Shown here piece after piece: positions 31,630 through 39,403 of a DNA stretch of 64,000 bases; within the stretch, counting starts at the first letter, position 1; each line of letters begins with the position of its first letter. This DNA is from a virus. The DNA is taken from positions 120,460 through 184,459 of IMG/VR virus record IMGVR_UViG_3300049893_000724; one strand, written 5' to 3'. The notes beneath the pieces were generated by a model. It saw only the letters and a program-made list of their open reading frames with translations, did not search any database and had not been told where the DNA came from. The position numbers were made by a program, and so were the translations under genes.

Positions 31630-32031
31630 TTACCTTGTAGGTTGCAATACAAATTGTAATTGTTGAGCAGGAACGTCTGCTCCAATAATGTTATAAACGA
31701 TAACAGCATCAAAAGAACCATTATCATAGTCCGGATAAACATCAACGCTGATCAATTGAACTCTTGGCTCATAATTACGAATTGAATTACGAATTTCATC
31801 GGCAATTGTTGATGCGGAAATTTCATCAATGTTTTCAAACAAACTCTGAGAGATTCTAGAACCAAAGTTTTCATTAAAAAACTTCTCTCCAGGCACAGTA
31901 AACACAATATTACGAATAGAACGAGAGATTGCAGTTTCATTCTTAAGGGCAATCAGGTCACTATTCAGGGGATTAACCTGAAATGACATACTAATATCTT
32001 TAAAACCCTGACTTACCCTTTCGAGTGGCAT
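31630..32031 (-). CDS. gp25: Baseplate wedge subunit / sheath initiator
   Basis: FKDISMSF, AI.RSIRNIVFT.PGEKFF..NFGS, IRNYEPRV. Confidence 0.95.
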   Translation of the reverse strand: MPLERVSQGFKDISMSFQVNPLNSDLIALKNETAISRSIRNIVFTVPGEKFFNENFGSRISQSLFENIDEISASTIADEIRNSIRNYEPRVQLISVDVYPDYDNGSFDAVIVYNIIGADVPAQQLQFVLQPTR

Positions 32032-32051
32032 TAGATATGATAATTCTGTCT

Positions 32052-32058
32052 TATTTAT
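32052..32058 (-). promoter_or_regulatory. Late promoter (ATAAATA) upstream of gp25
   Basis: Motif 21 nt upstream of the ATG. Confidence 0.7.
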
Positions 32059-32312
32059 TATGAATTTTTAGACTCATAAATGGGTTCTGTTCCATATTCC
32101 CAATCATCATAGTCCTCATCATTACGAATTTTTGAGTGTATTTCGCTTTGGTGATAAAAATCGTGTTTTTTGGGTGTTAATTCGTCATTTGCAATCTCAC
32201 GAAGCATTTTTTGCTTCTCTACTTTTGAATCCCAACCATATTCACTTGCCAAATACTGAGTTCCCCACTCATTTTTCATAAAATTTTCATCTTTATCGAC
32301 TTGTTTGGTCAT
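32058..32312 (-). CDS. Hypothetical acidic protein
   Basis: ORF track; co-oriented and packed. Confidence 0.75.
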   Translation of the reverse strand: MTKQVDKDENFMKNEWGTQYLASEYGWDSKVEKQKMLREIANDELTPKKHDFYHQSEIHSKIRNDEDYDDWEYGTEPIYESKNS

Positions 32313-32964
32313 TGTTTTGCTCCTGATTTGTTAAATCAGAACTTTTTACGGGGTTGCTATCCCGAGTATCAATGTAAAATCCTTGTCTTAGGTAATCTTG
32401 GTCATCAATAAAGAACAAATTATCTATTTTTTGAATATTTTGCCCCTTCCAGACTGGTATTGCAACAGAATTTCCATAACGAAAGTCTGGATTTCTTCGA
32501 AAATGTACTTCAATGAGTTTATCACCAATAAATTCACAGTTTATCCACTCATAATTACCTTTTAATGAGTCTAAAATTGAAGGAAATTCAATTTTTGTGT
32601 CAATTTTAGACCATTTTTTCCATTTATACAATGGATCATGATTATCTCTTTCACCCAAAACTACTAATTCTGCTTCTCGACAGTGAAAATCAACGCTGAT
32701 ATGTTCTCCCTCAAAGATCTCACACCAAAATTCTGCAGGATGTAAATCATCAGTGTACTTATCAATCCATTTTATACGAGAAAATCGTCCCATTCCAAGT
32801 AGATTAATACAAGGACGGACGATATAATGACCTGAATGTGGAACGGAGCACCCTGTAGGACCACACAGATGCCCTAGACGATGATTTAAAATTAACTTGT
32901 TATAAACCCAAAGATCTTCTAAATGAATTGATTTCCATTCATCTGTTGGGTCTGAGTAATACAT
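32293..32964 (-). CDS. ATP-grasp-like protein
   Basis: YIVRPCINLLGMG, EIFEGEHISVD and CEFIGDKLIEVHFR resemble ATP-grasp motifs. Confidence 0.55.
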   Translation of the reverse strand: MYYSDPTDEWKSIHLEDLWVYNKLILNHRLGHLCGPTGCSVPHSGHYIVRPCINLLGMGRFSRIKWIDKYTDDLHPAEFWCEIFEGEHISVDFHCREAELVVLGERDNHDPLYKWKKWSKIDTKIEFPSILDSLKGNYEWINCEFIGDKLIEVHFRRNPDFRYGNSVAIPVWKGQNIQKIDNLFFIDDQDYLRQGFYIDTRDSNPVKSSDLTNQEQNNDQTSR

Positions 32965-33170
32965 GTATGAATTCCAGATACATGATTTCGATGAAGAGTA
33001 TAATTCTTCTGAATACGAATATCAGAATTTTTAAAAGTCCAACACTCTCCACTATTATCTAGGAACACGACCCATTCAAGATCATGTTCTTGAGAACGAT
33101 CAATCATAAAAAAAGCCCAACCATTACCCTTGGGAGTAATGACTGGGATTTGAGGATTAAGTTGAATCAC
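32919..33170 (-). CDS. Hypothetical protein
   Basis: GTG start overlapping the upstream stop. Confidence 0.7.
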   Translation of the reverse strand: MIQLNPQIPVITPKGNGWAFFMIDRSQEHDLEWVVFLDNSGECWTFKNSDIRIQKNYTLHRNHVSGIHTCITQTQQMNGNQFI

Positions 33171-33307
33171 CGACCTTGACCGCGATATCTTTTCTTACGA
33201 CCATTTCGAGAGGTCGCACTCAGTAATGTACGAGCCGAGCGTCCCTGACGAGTTTTCTTTGGTGCTCCAGGTTGAAAAATAGTCTTATTCGATCCACCTT
33301 TAGCCAT
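33167..33307 (-). CDS. 46-aa Arg/Lys-rich protein (not in ORF track)
   Basis: MAKGGSNKTIFQPGAPKKTRQGRSARTLLSATSRNGRKKRYRGQGR; GGAG SD upstream. Confidence 0.75.
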   Translation of the reverse strand: MAKGGSNKTIFQPGAPKKTRQGRSARTLLSATSRNGRKKRYRGQGR

Positions 33308-33452
33308 AAATTTCCTCCAGTTCTAAATCATTTGGGTTAATGTCTTCTCCCGAGTAAAAACGCTCAGAGAAGTCTTGAAGAATCTCACTACATTCCTCTG
33401 CAGTGAGATTCGCATAAATTTTACGTCCTTTATAGAGTACGTTATAATTCAT
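33300..33452 (-). CDS. 50-aa acidic protein (not in ORF track)
   Basis: MNYNVLYKGRKIY...ELEEIYG; start and stop overlap both neighbours. Confidence 0.7.
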   Translation of the reverse strand: MNYNVLYKGRKIYANLTAEECSEILQDFSERFYSGEDINPNDLELEEIYG

Positions 33453-34216
33453 CAGATAATGCGAGTTTTTTCATGTCCCACTCTGATACGAGGGTCGCAC
33501 CAGATTTCGAAACCTGCATCCTTTGCATCCAGACAGAATGAAACATCCTCACCACACATATCCTGGACATTGCCAGATTCAAAGACTTGCATCTTTGGAG
33601 CAAACCAAGGATATTCGAGATTCTCAAAGACGCCCTTCTTAATCAGCACCCAACCAAAGCCAGTGTAATCAACTGTGAAAGGCTTTCTGCGCTTCTGAAT
33701 AGACTCAACGGTTTCGTGGTTCATGACTCCACCATTCTTGCGGAAGTCATCTTCTTCCAACCAGTGTGCGACAGAGGTTGTGTGTCCATCTTCTGTTGCA
33801 TACCAACCAGCAGTGATTTCACGCTCAGTACCATCTTCACTCAGAGAAAGATCACAGAGCTGCCAGAACTTGTTTGTATCAAAGACAATATCCGAGTCAA
33901 TCCAAAGTTGATAATCATACTCCAGTTTTCCATCCCAAGGAATTTGCTTAGGACCACGGAGAACATTTGCACCTAGACACTTACAACGTGCAAAGTTAAC
34001 CATCGAAGAGTAATCCTGTGAAATCTGAATACTCATTCCATTCTGTACCATATCAAAGCACAGTTGTACAAAGTTCTTCAGAAAGATAAAAGAACATCCA
34101 CGACCAGGAAGACAGAATACAATACTCTTCCCACGCATCCTTTCTTTGATTGCATCAATATCCCATTCTTGTTTTGGAGTTGGTGCAGTTGCTTTAACAG
34201 TAAATCCTTTTGCCAT
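33452..34216 (-). CDS. GT-A fold (family 2-like) glycosyltransferase
   Basis: LWIDSDIVF (DxD), VDYTGFGWVLIK.GVFE, GEDVSFC, VGH. Confidence 0.8.
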   Translation of the reverse strand: MAKGFTVKATAPTPKQEWDIDAIKERMRGKSIVFCLPGRGCSFIFLKNFVQLCFDMVQNGMSIQISQDYSSMVNFARCKCLGANVLRGPKQIPWDGKLEYDYQLWIDSDIVFDTNKFWQLCDLSLSEDGTEREITAGWYATEDGHTTSVAHWLEEDDFRKNGGVMNHETVESIQKRRKPFTVDYTGFGWVLIKKGVFENLEYPWFAPKMQVFESGNVQDMCGEDVSFCLDAKDAGFEIWCDPRIRVGHEKTRII

Positions 34217-34270
34217 AAGAGAAATAAACCTTCAATGTCAATTTTATCAGTCTATATATGCTTTTGTCAA

Positions 34271-34498
34271 TTAGTAAGAAGGACTCCCGATTGGATCATT
34301 TGACTTATCTCCACCGCCCCCTCCACTACCTGCAGAGAGTTCAATGTAGTTTAAATCATCTACTGTATAATCAGTCTTCATGACTCCAACCATTCGATGT
34401 AAAGTATTCCAAGTATTATGAAATTCTTCTTCTTTTAATGAATGAAATAAACACCGATCCTTTGCATAAATGTGATATACTTTTTCTACTGCAGTCAT
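34271..34498 (-). CDS. Hypothetical protein
   Basis: ORF track. Confidence 0.7.
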   Translation of the reverse strand: MTAVEKVYHIYAKDRCLFHSLKEEEFHNTWNTLHRMVGVMKTDYTVDDLNYIELSAGSGGGGGDKSNDPIGSPSY

Positions 34499-34530
34499 AA
34501 AAAATATCTCCGGAATTTTTTCTTTCAGTT

Positions 34531-34689
34531 TTATTTTGACACTGCATTATATATCAGCACTATGCAGAAACCCAGTGCGACAAAAAATGGGCGTGGATAA
34601 CGGATCATCCAGCCCGCTAATACAACTTTCCAAAATCCCCAGTAGGGCGACCTCCGATAATATCTGCGGGGGTTTATAGGACTAATCAT
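34531..34689 (-). CDS. 52-aa small membrane protein (not in ORF track)
   Basis: MISPINPRRYYRRSPYWGFWKVVLAGWMIRYPRPFFVALGFCIVLIYNAVSK. Confidence 0.6.
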   Translation of the reverse strand: MISPINPRRYYRRSPYWGFWKVVLAGWMIRYPRPFFVALGFCIVLIYNAVSK

Positions 34690-34815
34690 ACTTCCGGAAA
34701 TTTTTTATGAGTGTGATATTTCGAGGTCGATTTGTCACCTCTGTAGGTTAGGGTAGTTTGGGTTTTTTAATAAGGGGGGCGCCTTTAAGAACGCAACGCC
34801 GCCGCGGCGCTATAA

Positions 34816-34842
34816 GAATCGGCGGCAATTAACTGCCGATTC
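34816..34842. other. GC-rich hairpin in non-coding region
   Basis: GAATCGGCGG-CAATTAA-CTGCCGATTC (10-bp stem with one G.T pair); adjacent GCCGCGGC palindrome. Confidence 0.6.
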
Positions 34843-34854
34843 ACTATATCACCA

Positions 34855-34883
34855 AGTATAACACTGCTGCCCCACGATGTCAA
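34855..34883 (-). promoter_or_regulatory. Sigma70-type promoter
   Basis: TTGACA-17-TATACT on minus strand. Confidence 0.8.
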
Positions 34884-34909
34884 CCGCAGGGCACACAGTA
34901 AGCATCACA

Positions 34910-35080
34910 TTAGAACGCGATTTCCTCCAGAGTAGGAATACCAATCACCTGCTCAATCACGGGCGATTCGATATAATCAAAACCACCAACTTGATCACTG
35001 GCGATTGCATCCAGAATGGACATAATCTCGCTGCCAGTGTTACCTTGTGCCAGCAGAGAAAGCATCACGGACTTGGACAT
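34910..35080 (-). CDS. 56-aa hypothetical protein (not in ORF track)
   Basis: MSKSVMLSLLAQGNTGSEIMSILDAIASD...EEIAF. Confidence 0.65.
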   Translation of the reverse strand: MSKSVMLSLLAQGNTGSEIMSILDAIASDQVGGFDYIESPVIEQVIGIPTLEEIAF

Positions 35081-35159
35081 AATAACGAAGGAAAGTGTTA
35101 GAAACTGTGTGGTTGGTGAGTGTCTTTATAAGGGCGCATCTCATTCCCCTTTGTTGATA

Positions 35160-35321
35160 TCAGACTGCTACATCTTCAGGCAGCAGATTTACAATGGCAT
35201 CCACACCAGCGATATGCAGAGACTGTACAAATACCATCGCTTGATTGATAGTGGGGAACTCTACAGTACGCTCTACTTTGTCTTGAACGTTAGTGAAGGT
35301 GACAGTGCGAGCTTGTGTCAT
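35160..35321 (-). CDS. 53-aa hypothetical protein (not in ORF track)
   Basis: MTQARTVTFTNVQDKVERTVEFPTINQAMVFVQSLHIAGVDAIVNLLPEDVAV. Confidence 0.65.
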   Translation of the reverse strand: MTQARTVTFTNVQDKVERTVEFPTINQAMVFVQSLHIAGVDAIVNLLPEDVAV

Positions 35322-35357
35322 TTGAGTGTTAATGAAAGTGTGGTCAGTGAGTGTTAC

Positions 35358-35603
35358 TTAGAAGTCGAACACGTCGCTATCAATCTGGACAACATTTACA
35401 GCGGGGTCATTATAGCGAACCCCATCACCAGTTACTGCATCTGAACCAACGCAATCACAGAAGGTTTGATAATCACCACACTCTTGGGCGAGGTGATACA
35501 AACCCTCATCATTGTTGATCCAGAGAGCAACATTCCAGGTCTCATAATTCTCCCAACCGTTATACTCAGTATCGGTCAGATTTGCTTGGAAAGTGGTGCT
35601 CAC
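35358..35603 (-). CDS. Early hypothetical protein (NGW.NYETWNVALW motif)
   Basis: GTG start at 35603 downstream of repeat R1; the track start at 35657 runs through the repeat. Confidence 0.75.
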   Translation of the reverse strand: MSTTFQANLTDTEYNGWENYETWNVALWINNDEGLYHLAQECGDYQTFCDCVGSDAVTGDGVRYNDPAVNVVQIDSDVFDF

Positions 35604-35633
35604 TGTGTGTTGGTTCGTCCTTACACTATAGAG

Positions 35634-35652
35634 ACACTTTAAGTGGCTCAGT
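35634..35652 (-). repeat. Cassette repeat R1 (ACACTTTAAGTGGCTCAGT on +), probable early promoter element
   Basis: Exact 19-mer; contains CACTT-T-AAGTG palindrome. Confidence 0.9.
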
Positions 35653-35677
35653 AACACTCACTCAGCAACCCTGGGTG

Positions 35678-35851
35678 TTACCAACGATCAGGACAGCTGA
35701 GATCTTCGACATAAGCTTCGACACGCTCAGCTGGTTCCAATTTGAATAACTTCTCCCAGTCAATCTGATGTGGGTCGAAGTCAGGAAACGCGGAGATGTC
35801 CAGCGTGATTCTATAACGAACCTTCTGTGCTTGTTGATAGGCAACTGACAT
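35678..35851 (-). CDS. Hypothetical protein
   Basis: MSVAYQQAQKVRYRITLDI...; ATG chosen downstream of promoter 35880-35908. Confidence 0.7.
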   Translation of the reverse strand: MSVAYQQAQKVRYRITLDISAFPDFDPHQIDWEKLFKLEPAERVEAYVEDLSCPDRW

Positions 35852-35879
35852 AAGTGCGCTCCTTTGGTGTTCTTGAAAT

Positions 35880-35908
35880 AGTCTAAGATACCTGGGAATT
35901 ATTGTCAA
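35880..35908 (-). promoter_or_regulatory. Sigma70-type promoter
   Basis: TTGACA-17-TAGACT. Confidence 0.75.
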
Positions 35909-35980
35909 CGTCCTGGGGAGTATTTATCGGCATCGGTGGATTTATGCGGGGGATCTGTGGGGATTTTGTGACGTTGGGGG

Positions 35981-36010
35981 TTGACGGATTTATGGCGGTC
36001 GTGTTATAAT
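35981..36010 (+). promoter_or_regulatory. Plus-strand sigma70-type promoter firing into non-coding AT-rich tract
   Basis: TTGACG-18-TATAAT with TG upstream of the -10. Confidence 0.65.
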
Positions 36011-36202
36011 GCGTTCGCTAAGATCACAAGACTTCAGCACATTAAAAGCACACAAATACACCCACTAATTCTCAACAATACACCTAAATGATTCTCAATT
36101 ACTAACACTTATTGAGAATAAGATAAAACGTTCATTTATATTTTTAATTACATTTTTTAATTGATTTAATACGTTTTTAACCATAAATCAATCAAAAAGC
36201 AT

Positions 36203-36225
36203 AAAAAAAGGGGGTGTAATCCCCT
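36203..36225 (-). terminator. Intrinsic terminator
   Basis: AGGGG-ATTACAC-CCCCT followed by a T run, just after the stop at 36231. Confidence 0.7.
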
Positions 36226-36230
36226 CTGAG

Positions 36231-36368
36231 TTAGTATGTCATAATAGATGCAATCGTACCTGCTCGTATATAGAAATCAACCATTCTTTCTGCTTCATTG
36301 TAGGTATTAAACCCTTGAAACTTCCACCCTTGAGAATAAGGACAGAACCAGCGAATCGTTGTTCTCAT
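36231..36368 (-). CDS. 45-aa hypothetical protein (not in ORF track)
   Basis: MRTTIRWFCPYSQGWKFQGFNTYNEAERMVDFYIRAGTIASIMTY. Confidence 0.65.
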   Translation of the reverse strand: MRTTIRWFCPYSQGWKFQGFNTYNEAERMVDFYIRAGTIASIMTY

Positions 36369-36383
36369 TGTGTTAAACTCCTA

Positions 36384-36602
36384 TCAGTTAAGTACACTTT
36401 CCACCATATCATTCACATAGTCTTCATCATAAAAGAGTGAAATCTCTTCGATCAGTTCATCTGGAGTTGAGCAACTTTCACGCAGATTCAGTTCAAGTTG
36501 TTCGCTTGCAAATTGTACCAAACTGTCGAGATCCATACCATCAACAATCTGCTCAATGTAGTTAGCAAGCAGTTTATCGTATTGGTCTTGAGTAAGTTCC
36601 AT
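36384..36602 (-). CDS. Acidic early hypothetical protein
   Basis: ORF track. Confidence 0.75.
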   Translation of the reverse strand: MELTQDQYDKLLANYIEQIVDGMDLDSLVQFASEQLELNLRESCSTPDELIEEISLFYDEDYVNDMVESVLN

Positions 36603-36619
36603 TTTGTTTGTGTAATGTT

Positions 36620-36790
36620 TCAGGAATGAGAGTGAAGAATGTCTAGCATTTGTTGGTGAAACTTGTCTGCCTCACGAACCACATTTGCTGCCTCTGATAC
36701 ATCTTCAATCTCATACTTTGTCATCTCCAGAGAATGAATCACATTAGAGAGAAGGTCAGTCAGTGCCTCAACTTTTTGTGCGTCAGTCAT
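36620..36790 (-). CDS. 56-aa hypothetical protein (not in ORF track)
   Basis: MTDAQKVEALTDLLSNVIHSLEMTKYEIED... Confidence 0.65.
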   Translation of the reverse strand: MTDAQKVEALTDLLSNVIHSLEMTKYEIEDVSEAANVVREADKFHQQMLDILHSHS

Positions 36791-36807
36791 CATCAATCTC
36801 CTTATGT

Positions 36808-37122
36808 TCAGTTCAGACGCATACCAGAGAAGAAAGGAATTGGGGCACCTTGATAGTTAATGAACCACTGGCCTTTCTTCTGAAAGACATACTCATTGTC
36901 ACAGCCATGCACTTTCAAAATAGCATTGAGGCGGGACTTTGTGGTTGCTGATTGATAACCACCATCGAACAATTCAATCCAAGTTTCACCAATGCGGGCA
37001 ATCAGATTACCGTACAGAAACACATCAGAAACATTGGAAAAGTTGATGACTTCAGTATTATCTTTCTTCCAATCTTGTGATGCAGTGATGGCATCATTCA
37101 TTTGCTTTTCGATGACTCGCAT
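36808..37122 (-). CDS. Early hypothetical protein
   Basis: First gene after R2; DGGYQSATTKSRLNAIL. Confidence 0.8.
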   Translation of the reverse strand: MRVIEKQMNDAITASQDWKKDNTEVINFSNVSDVFLYGNLIARIGETWIELFDGGYQSATTKSRLNAILKVHGCDNEYVFQKKGQWFINYQGAPIPFFSGMRLN

Positions 37123-37152
37123 TGTGAGAAGTGTTGTGCTTATACTACTGGT

Positions 37153-37171
37153 ACACTTTAAGTGGCTCAGT
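37153..37171 (-). repeat. Cassette repeat R2
   Basis: Exact 19-mer plus adjacent AGTAAC-T-GTTACT palindrome. Confidence 0.9.
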
Positions 37172-37176
37172 AACTG

Positions 37177-37290
37177 TTACTCAGCAGGTGAGATAATGTC
37201 AGCAACTGTGCGTAAAGTGTTGGCAGTGAGCGATCTTGTAGAAGGTGAAAAGACAAGTGCCATAATGAAAATCAATGCAAGAACTTTCAT
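37177..37290 (-). CDS. 37-aa hydrophobic peptide (not in ORF track)
   Basis: MKVLALIFIMALVFSPSTRSLTANTLRTVADIISPAE; stop lies in the R2 flank palindrome. Confidence 0.55.
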   Translation of the reverse strand: MKVLALIFIMALVFSPSTRSLTANTLRTVADIISPAE

Positions 37291-37308
37291 CTTCTTTCTT
37301 TTCATTCT

Positions 37309-37470
37309 TCAGAAGTATTGGCGGCAGTATTGTGATTCATTCCACCCGTCACGTTCATAACGTCGGGCATCATAATCATCGGCATCCATTAGATCATCGT
37401 GTTCGCAATCCTCATAATAAGCATCAAACTTTGAGTAGGAATCACCATTGTAAAATGAAGTTGTAGTCAT
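37309..37470 (-). CDS. 53-aa acidic protein (not in ORF track)
   Basis: MTTTSFYNGDSYSKFDAYYEDCEHDDLMDADDYDARRY... Confidence 0.6.
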   Translation of the reverse strand: MTTTSFYNGDSYSKFDAYYEDCEHDDLMDADDYDARRYERDGWNESQYCRQYF

Positions 37471-37472
37471 AG

Positions 37473-37715
37473 TCAAAAAGTATTCAGAACGTGAACAAAA
37501 TCAAGAGAAAAAACACACCAACCAACATAATCTGTCACCTCTTCGACTAATGCTTGAGCGATGGTTTCATCGGTGTCAGTATCATCAACTTCCACCTCGA
37601 AAGTATTACCAATCACAGAATTGATGACTTCTTGTTGTTCATCAACAGTGAAATCTTCATCATCAAAATCAAACAAAACCTCTGTGACTTGCAGTGTTAA
37701 GGTTTTCATCAACAT
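37473..37715 (-). CDS. Acidic hypothetical protein
   Basis: ORF track. Confidence 0.75.
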   Translation of the reverse strand: MLMKTLTLQVTEVLFDFDDEDFTVDEQQEVINSVIGNTFEVEVDDTDTDETIAQALVEEVTDYVGWCVFSLDFVHVLNTF

Positions 37716-37987
37716 GCACCATAGAAAGGATTACCAAGTTGTGGAAGGTTTGTATTATCGGCAGTCACAAGATAATTGTGTGCTAGACGCTCACGAATTG
37801 CGATTGCTTTCTCTACACGATTCAGATACTTTTTCGACATCTGATCAATACCTTGCCAGGAAAGAACTTGCAAACACCACTCCTTTGAGATGTCACCGTA
37901 AGGTGTTTTGACGGGATAAAATGATACGACCATCGTACCATCTTTAGAGTGAAGTGTAGGAAACTCAGTCATCGTTGAAGTGCTCAT
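37709..37987 (-). CDS. Early hypothetical protein
   Basis: First gene after R3; true start may be the second Met (MTEF). Confidence 0.75.
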   Translation of the reverse strand: MSTSTMTEFPTLHSKDGTMVVSFYPVKTPYGDISKEWCLQVLSWQGIDQMSKKYLNRVEKAIAIRERLAHNYLVTADNTNLPQLGNPFYGAC

Positions 37988-37996
37988 ACTATAGGG

Positions 37997-38015
37997 ACAC
38001 TTTAAGTGGCTCAGT
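37997..38015 (-). repeat. Cassette repeat R3
   Basis: Exact 19-mer plus AGTAAC-A-GTTACT. Confidence 0.9.
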
Positions 38016-38024
38016 AACAGTTAC

Positions 38025-38204
38025 TCAAAGACCGTTGATGTACTCTCTGAGTTCAGCATCATACTCCTCTTGAGTGTTAAAAATACGACCGTGAATGTTG
38101 AGAGGAAACTTCTTCTCAACACCAGCAGCTGCAACCATTTGGCAGTCTGCTTCATCGTAACCCATTTCGATGAGGTTCTGAACGTAGGGATTGTAATGTG
38201 TCAT
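38025..38204 (-). CDS. 59-aa hypothetical protein, sole gene of cassette R4-R3 (not in ORF track)
   Basis: MTHYNPYVQNLIEMGYDEADCQMVAAAGVEKKFPLNIHGR... Confidence 0.75.
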   Translation of the reverse strand: MTHYNPYVQNLIEMGYDEADCQMVAAAGVEKKFPLNIHGRIFNTQEEYDAELREYINGL

Positions 38205-38213
38205 ACTACTGGT

Positions 38214-38232
38214 ACACTTTAAGTGGCTCAGT
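38214..38232 (-). repeat. Cassette repeat R4
   Basis: Exact 19-mer. Confidence 0.9.
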
Positions 38233-38375
38233 TACTTAAACGATACGTTGACACCTACAACTTTTGCTGTAGGATTGCGAGCGAGTGCAGTTTCCCGTGC
38301 ATCTTTTGCAGAGTTTGCTTGCACTTCCTCCTTGAAGACTTTGCCACCAACGTATAACTCAACAATGTATTTCAT
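38232..38375 (-). CDS. 47-aa hypothetical protein (not in ORF track)
   Basis: MKYIVELYVGGKVFKEEVQANSAKDARETALARNPTAKVVGVNVSFK; stop overlaps R4. Confidence 0.7.
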   Translation of the reverse strand: MKYIVELYVGGKVFKEEVQANSAKDARETALARNPTAKVVGVNVSFK

Positions 38376-38572
38376 AGTGTTTGGAATGGTTGGACTTCTT
38401 TGATGTCAGAATTGAAAAACTTTTGAATGATGCTATCAATCACAGGATACCATTGTTCGTTATCACTCGGATAGCCACATTCTCGTGCTTGATTGAGAAA
38501 CTTCAAGATGCAAGTTTCCTCATTTGCAGTGAACTTAACGCGATTGAAAGTGTAACCAGTGTGTTCAGTCAT
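38372..38572 (-). CDS. Hypothetical protein
   Basis: ORF track; ATGA overlaps. Confidence 0.75.
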   Translation of the reverse strand: MTEHTGYTFNRVKFTANEETCILKFLNQARECGYPSDNEQWYPVIDSIIQKFFNSDIKEVQPFQTL

Positions 38573-38835
38573 TTGTTGTTAAGATTGCGGGAATTGATTT
38601 CTTCTTCGATGAGATCAAACACTTGCGTGTAGATGTAATCATAGTCTTCGACTTCGTTGAGAATATCGAACGCAACTTCACGATCTACAGGTACTTGATC
38701 GCCACCATCTTCGCTCCATACGAATACATCTTCATTGGTGAAGATAAATGCAGCAGCGGGTGCATCTTCTCCCTGTTGTTCGATCAGTCGATTAACACGA
38801 TCACGAAGATGTGCTAGGGTATTGTTGTTTGCCAT
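38569..38835 (-). CDS. Acidic hypothetical protein
   Basis: ORF track; ATGA overlap. Confidence 0.75.
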   Translation of the reverse strand: MANNNTLAHLRDRVNRLIEQQGEDAPAAAFIFTNEDVFVWSEDGGDQVPVDREVAFDILNEVEDYDYIYTQVFDLIEEEINSRNLNNK

Positions 38836-38969
38836 CAGATAAACTCTTCGAGGTAGTAATCAAGAGGAAGTCCAAGCTCTGCTGCTTGTTGTTCCCATTC
38901 GGTCCATTCTTCGGGAGAAGCATCATTGAAGAAGTCTTCCCGAGTATAATCAAAAACAGGTCCGCACAT
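38835..38969 (-). CDS. 44-aa acidic protein ending AAELGLPLDYYLEEFI (not in ORF track)
   Basis: Manual translation; resembles 47350..47487. Confidence 0.7.
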   Translation of the reverse strand: MCGPVFDYTREDFFNDASPEEWTEWEQQAAELGLPLDYYLEEFI

Positions 38970-39121
38970 AATCACTTTTTGTTGCGAGGGTTAATGTCAA
39001 TCAGTCGGTCAAGTGCATCACCAAGAGTAGAGCGAACTTGCTCATCTTTCAGTGATACAAACTCATACGCTTCGTAGAGTTTGATGTAAAGATCATCCCA
39101 TTGAGTTTGTGTCATTATCAA

Positions 39122-39370
39122 TCAGGCAGGAAGAATACAAAAGGTGCCACAGAAACGACGAACCCATTGTAGAGTTTCGTGGTAAGATGTGCGGGGGTTG
39201 CTCATCTCCATCGTAGAACCATTCTGAGGATTGTGTGCAACAGCAACATAAAGATTGTCGCACTCTTTATCAGTAATCTGCTCAATCCACATTTGATTGA
39301 CTTTACCTTCCTTCCAATTTGTGTGGTAGGAGTAGACTTCGGAGACGATCATCGGTTGAGTTGCGTTCAT
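39122..39370 (-). CDS. Early hypothetical protein
   Basis: First gene after R5. Confidence 0.75.
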   Translation of the reverse strand: MNATQPMIVSEVYSYHTNWKEGKVNQMWIEQITDKECDNLYVAVAHNPQNGSTMEMSNPRTSYHETLQWVRRFCGTFCILPA

Positions 39371-39379
39371 ACTACTGGT

Positions 39380-39398
39380 ACACTTTAAGTGGCTCAGT
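39380..39398 (-). repeat. Cassette repeat R5
   Basis: Exact 19-mer plus GTAAC-T-GTTAC. Confidence 0.9.
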
Positions 39399-39403
39399 AA
39401 CTG

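Noticed and set aside
35016-35444. 142-aa plus-strand ORF
   Set aside because: Overlaps three coherent minus-strand genes; no recognisable features
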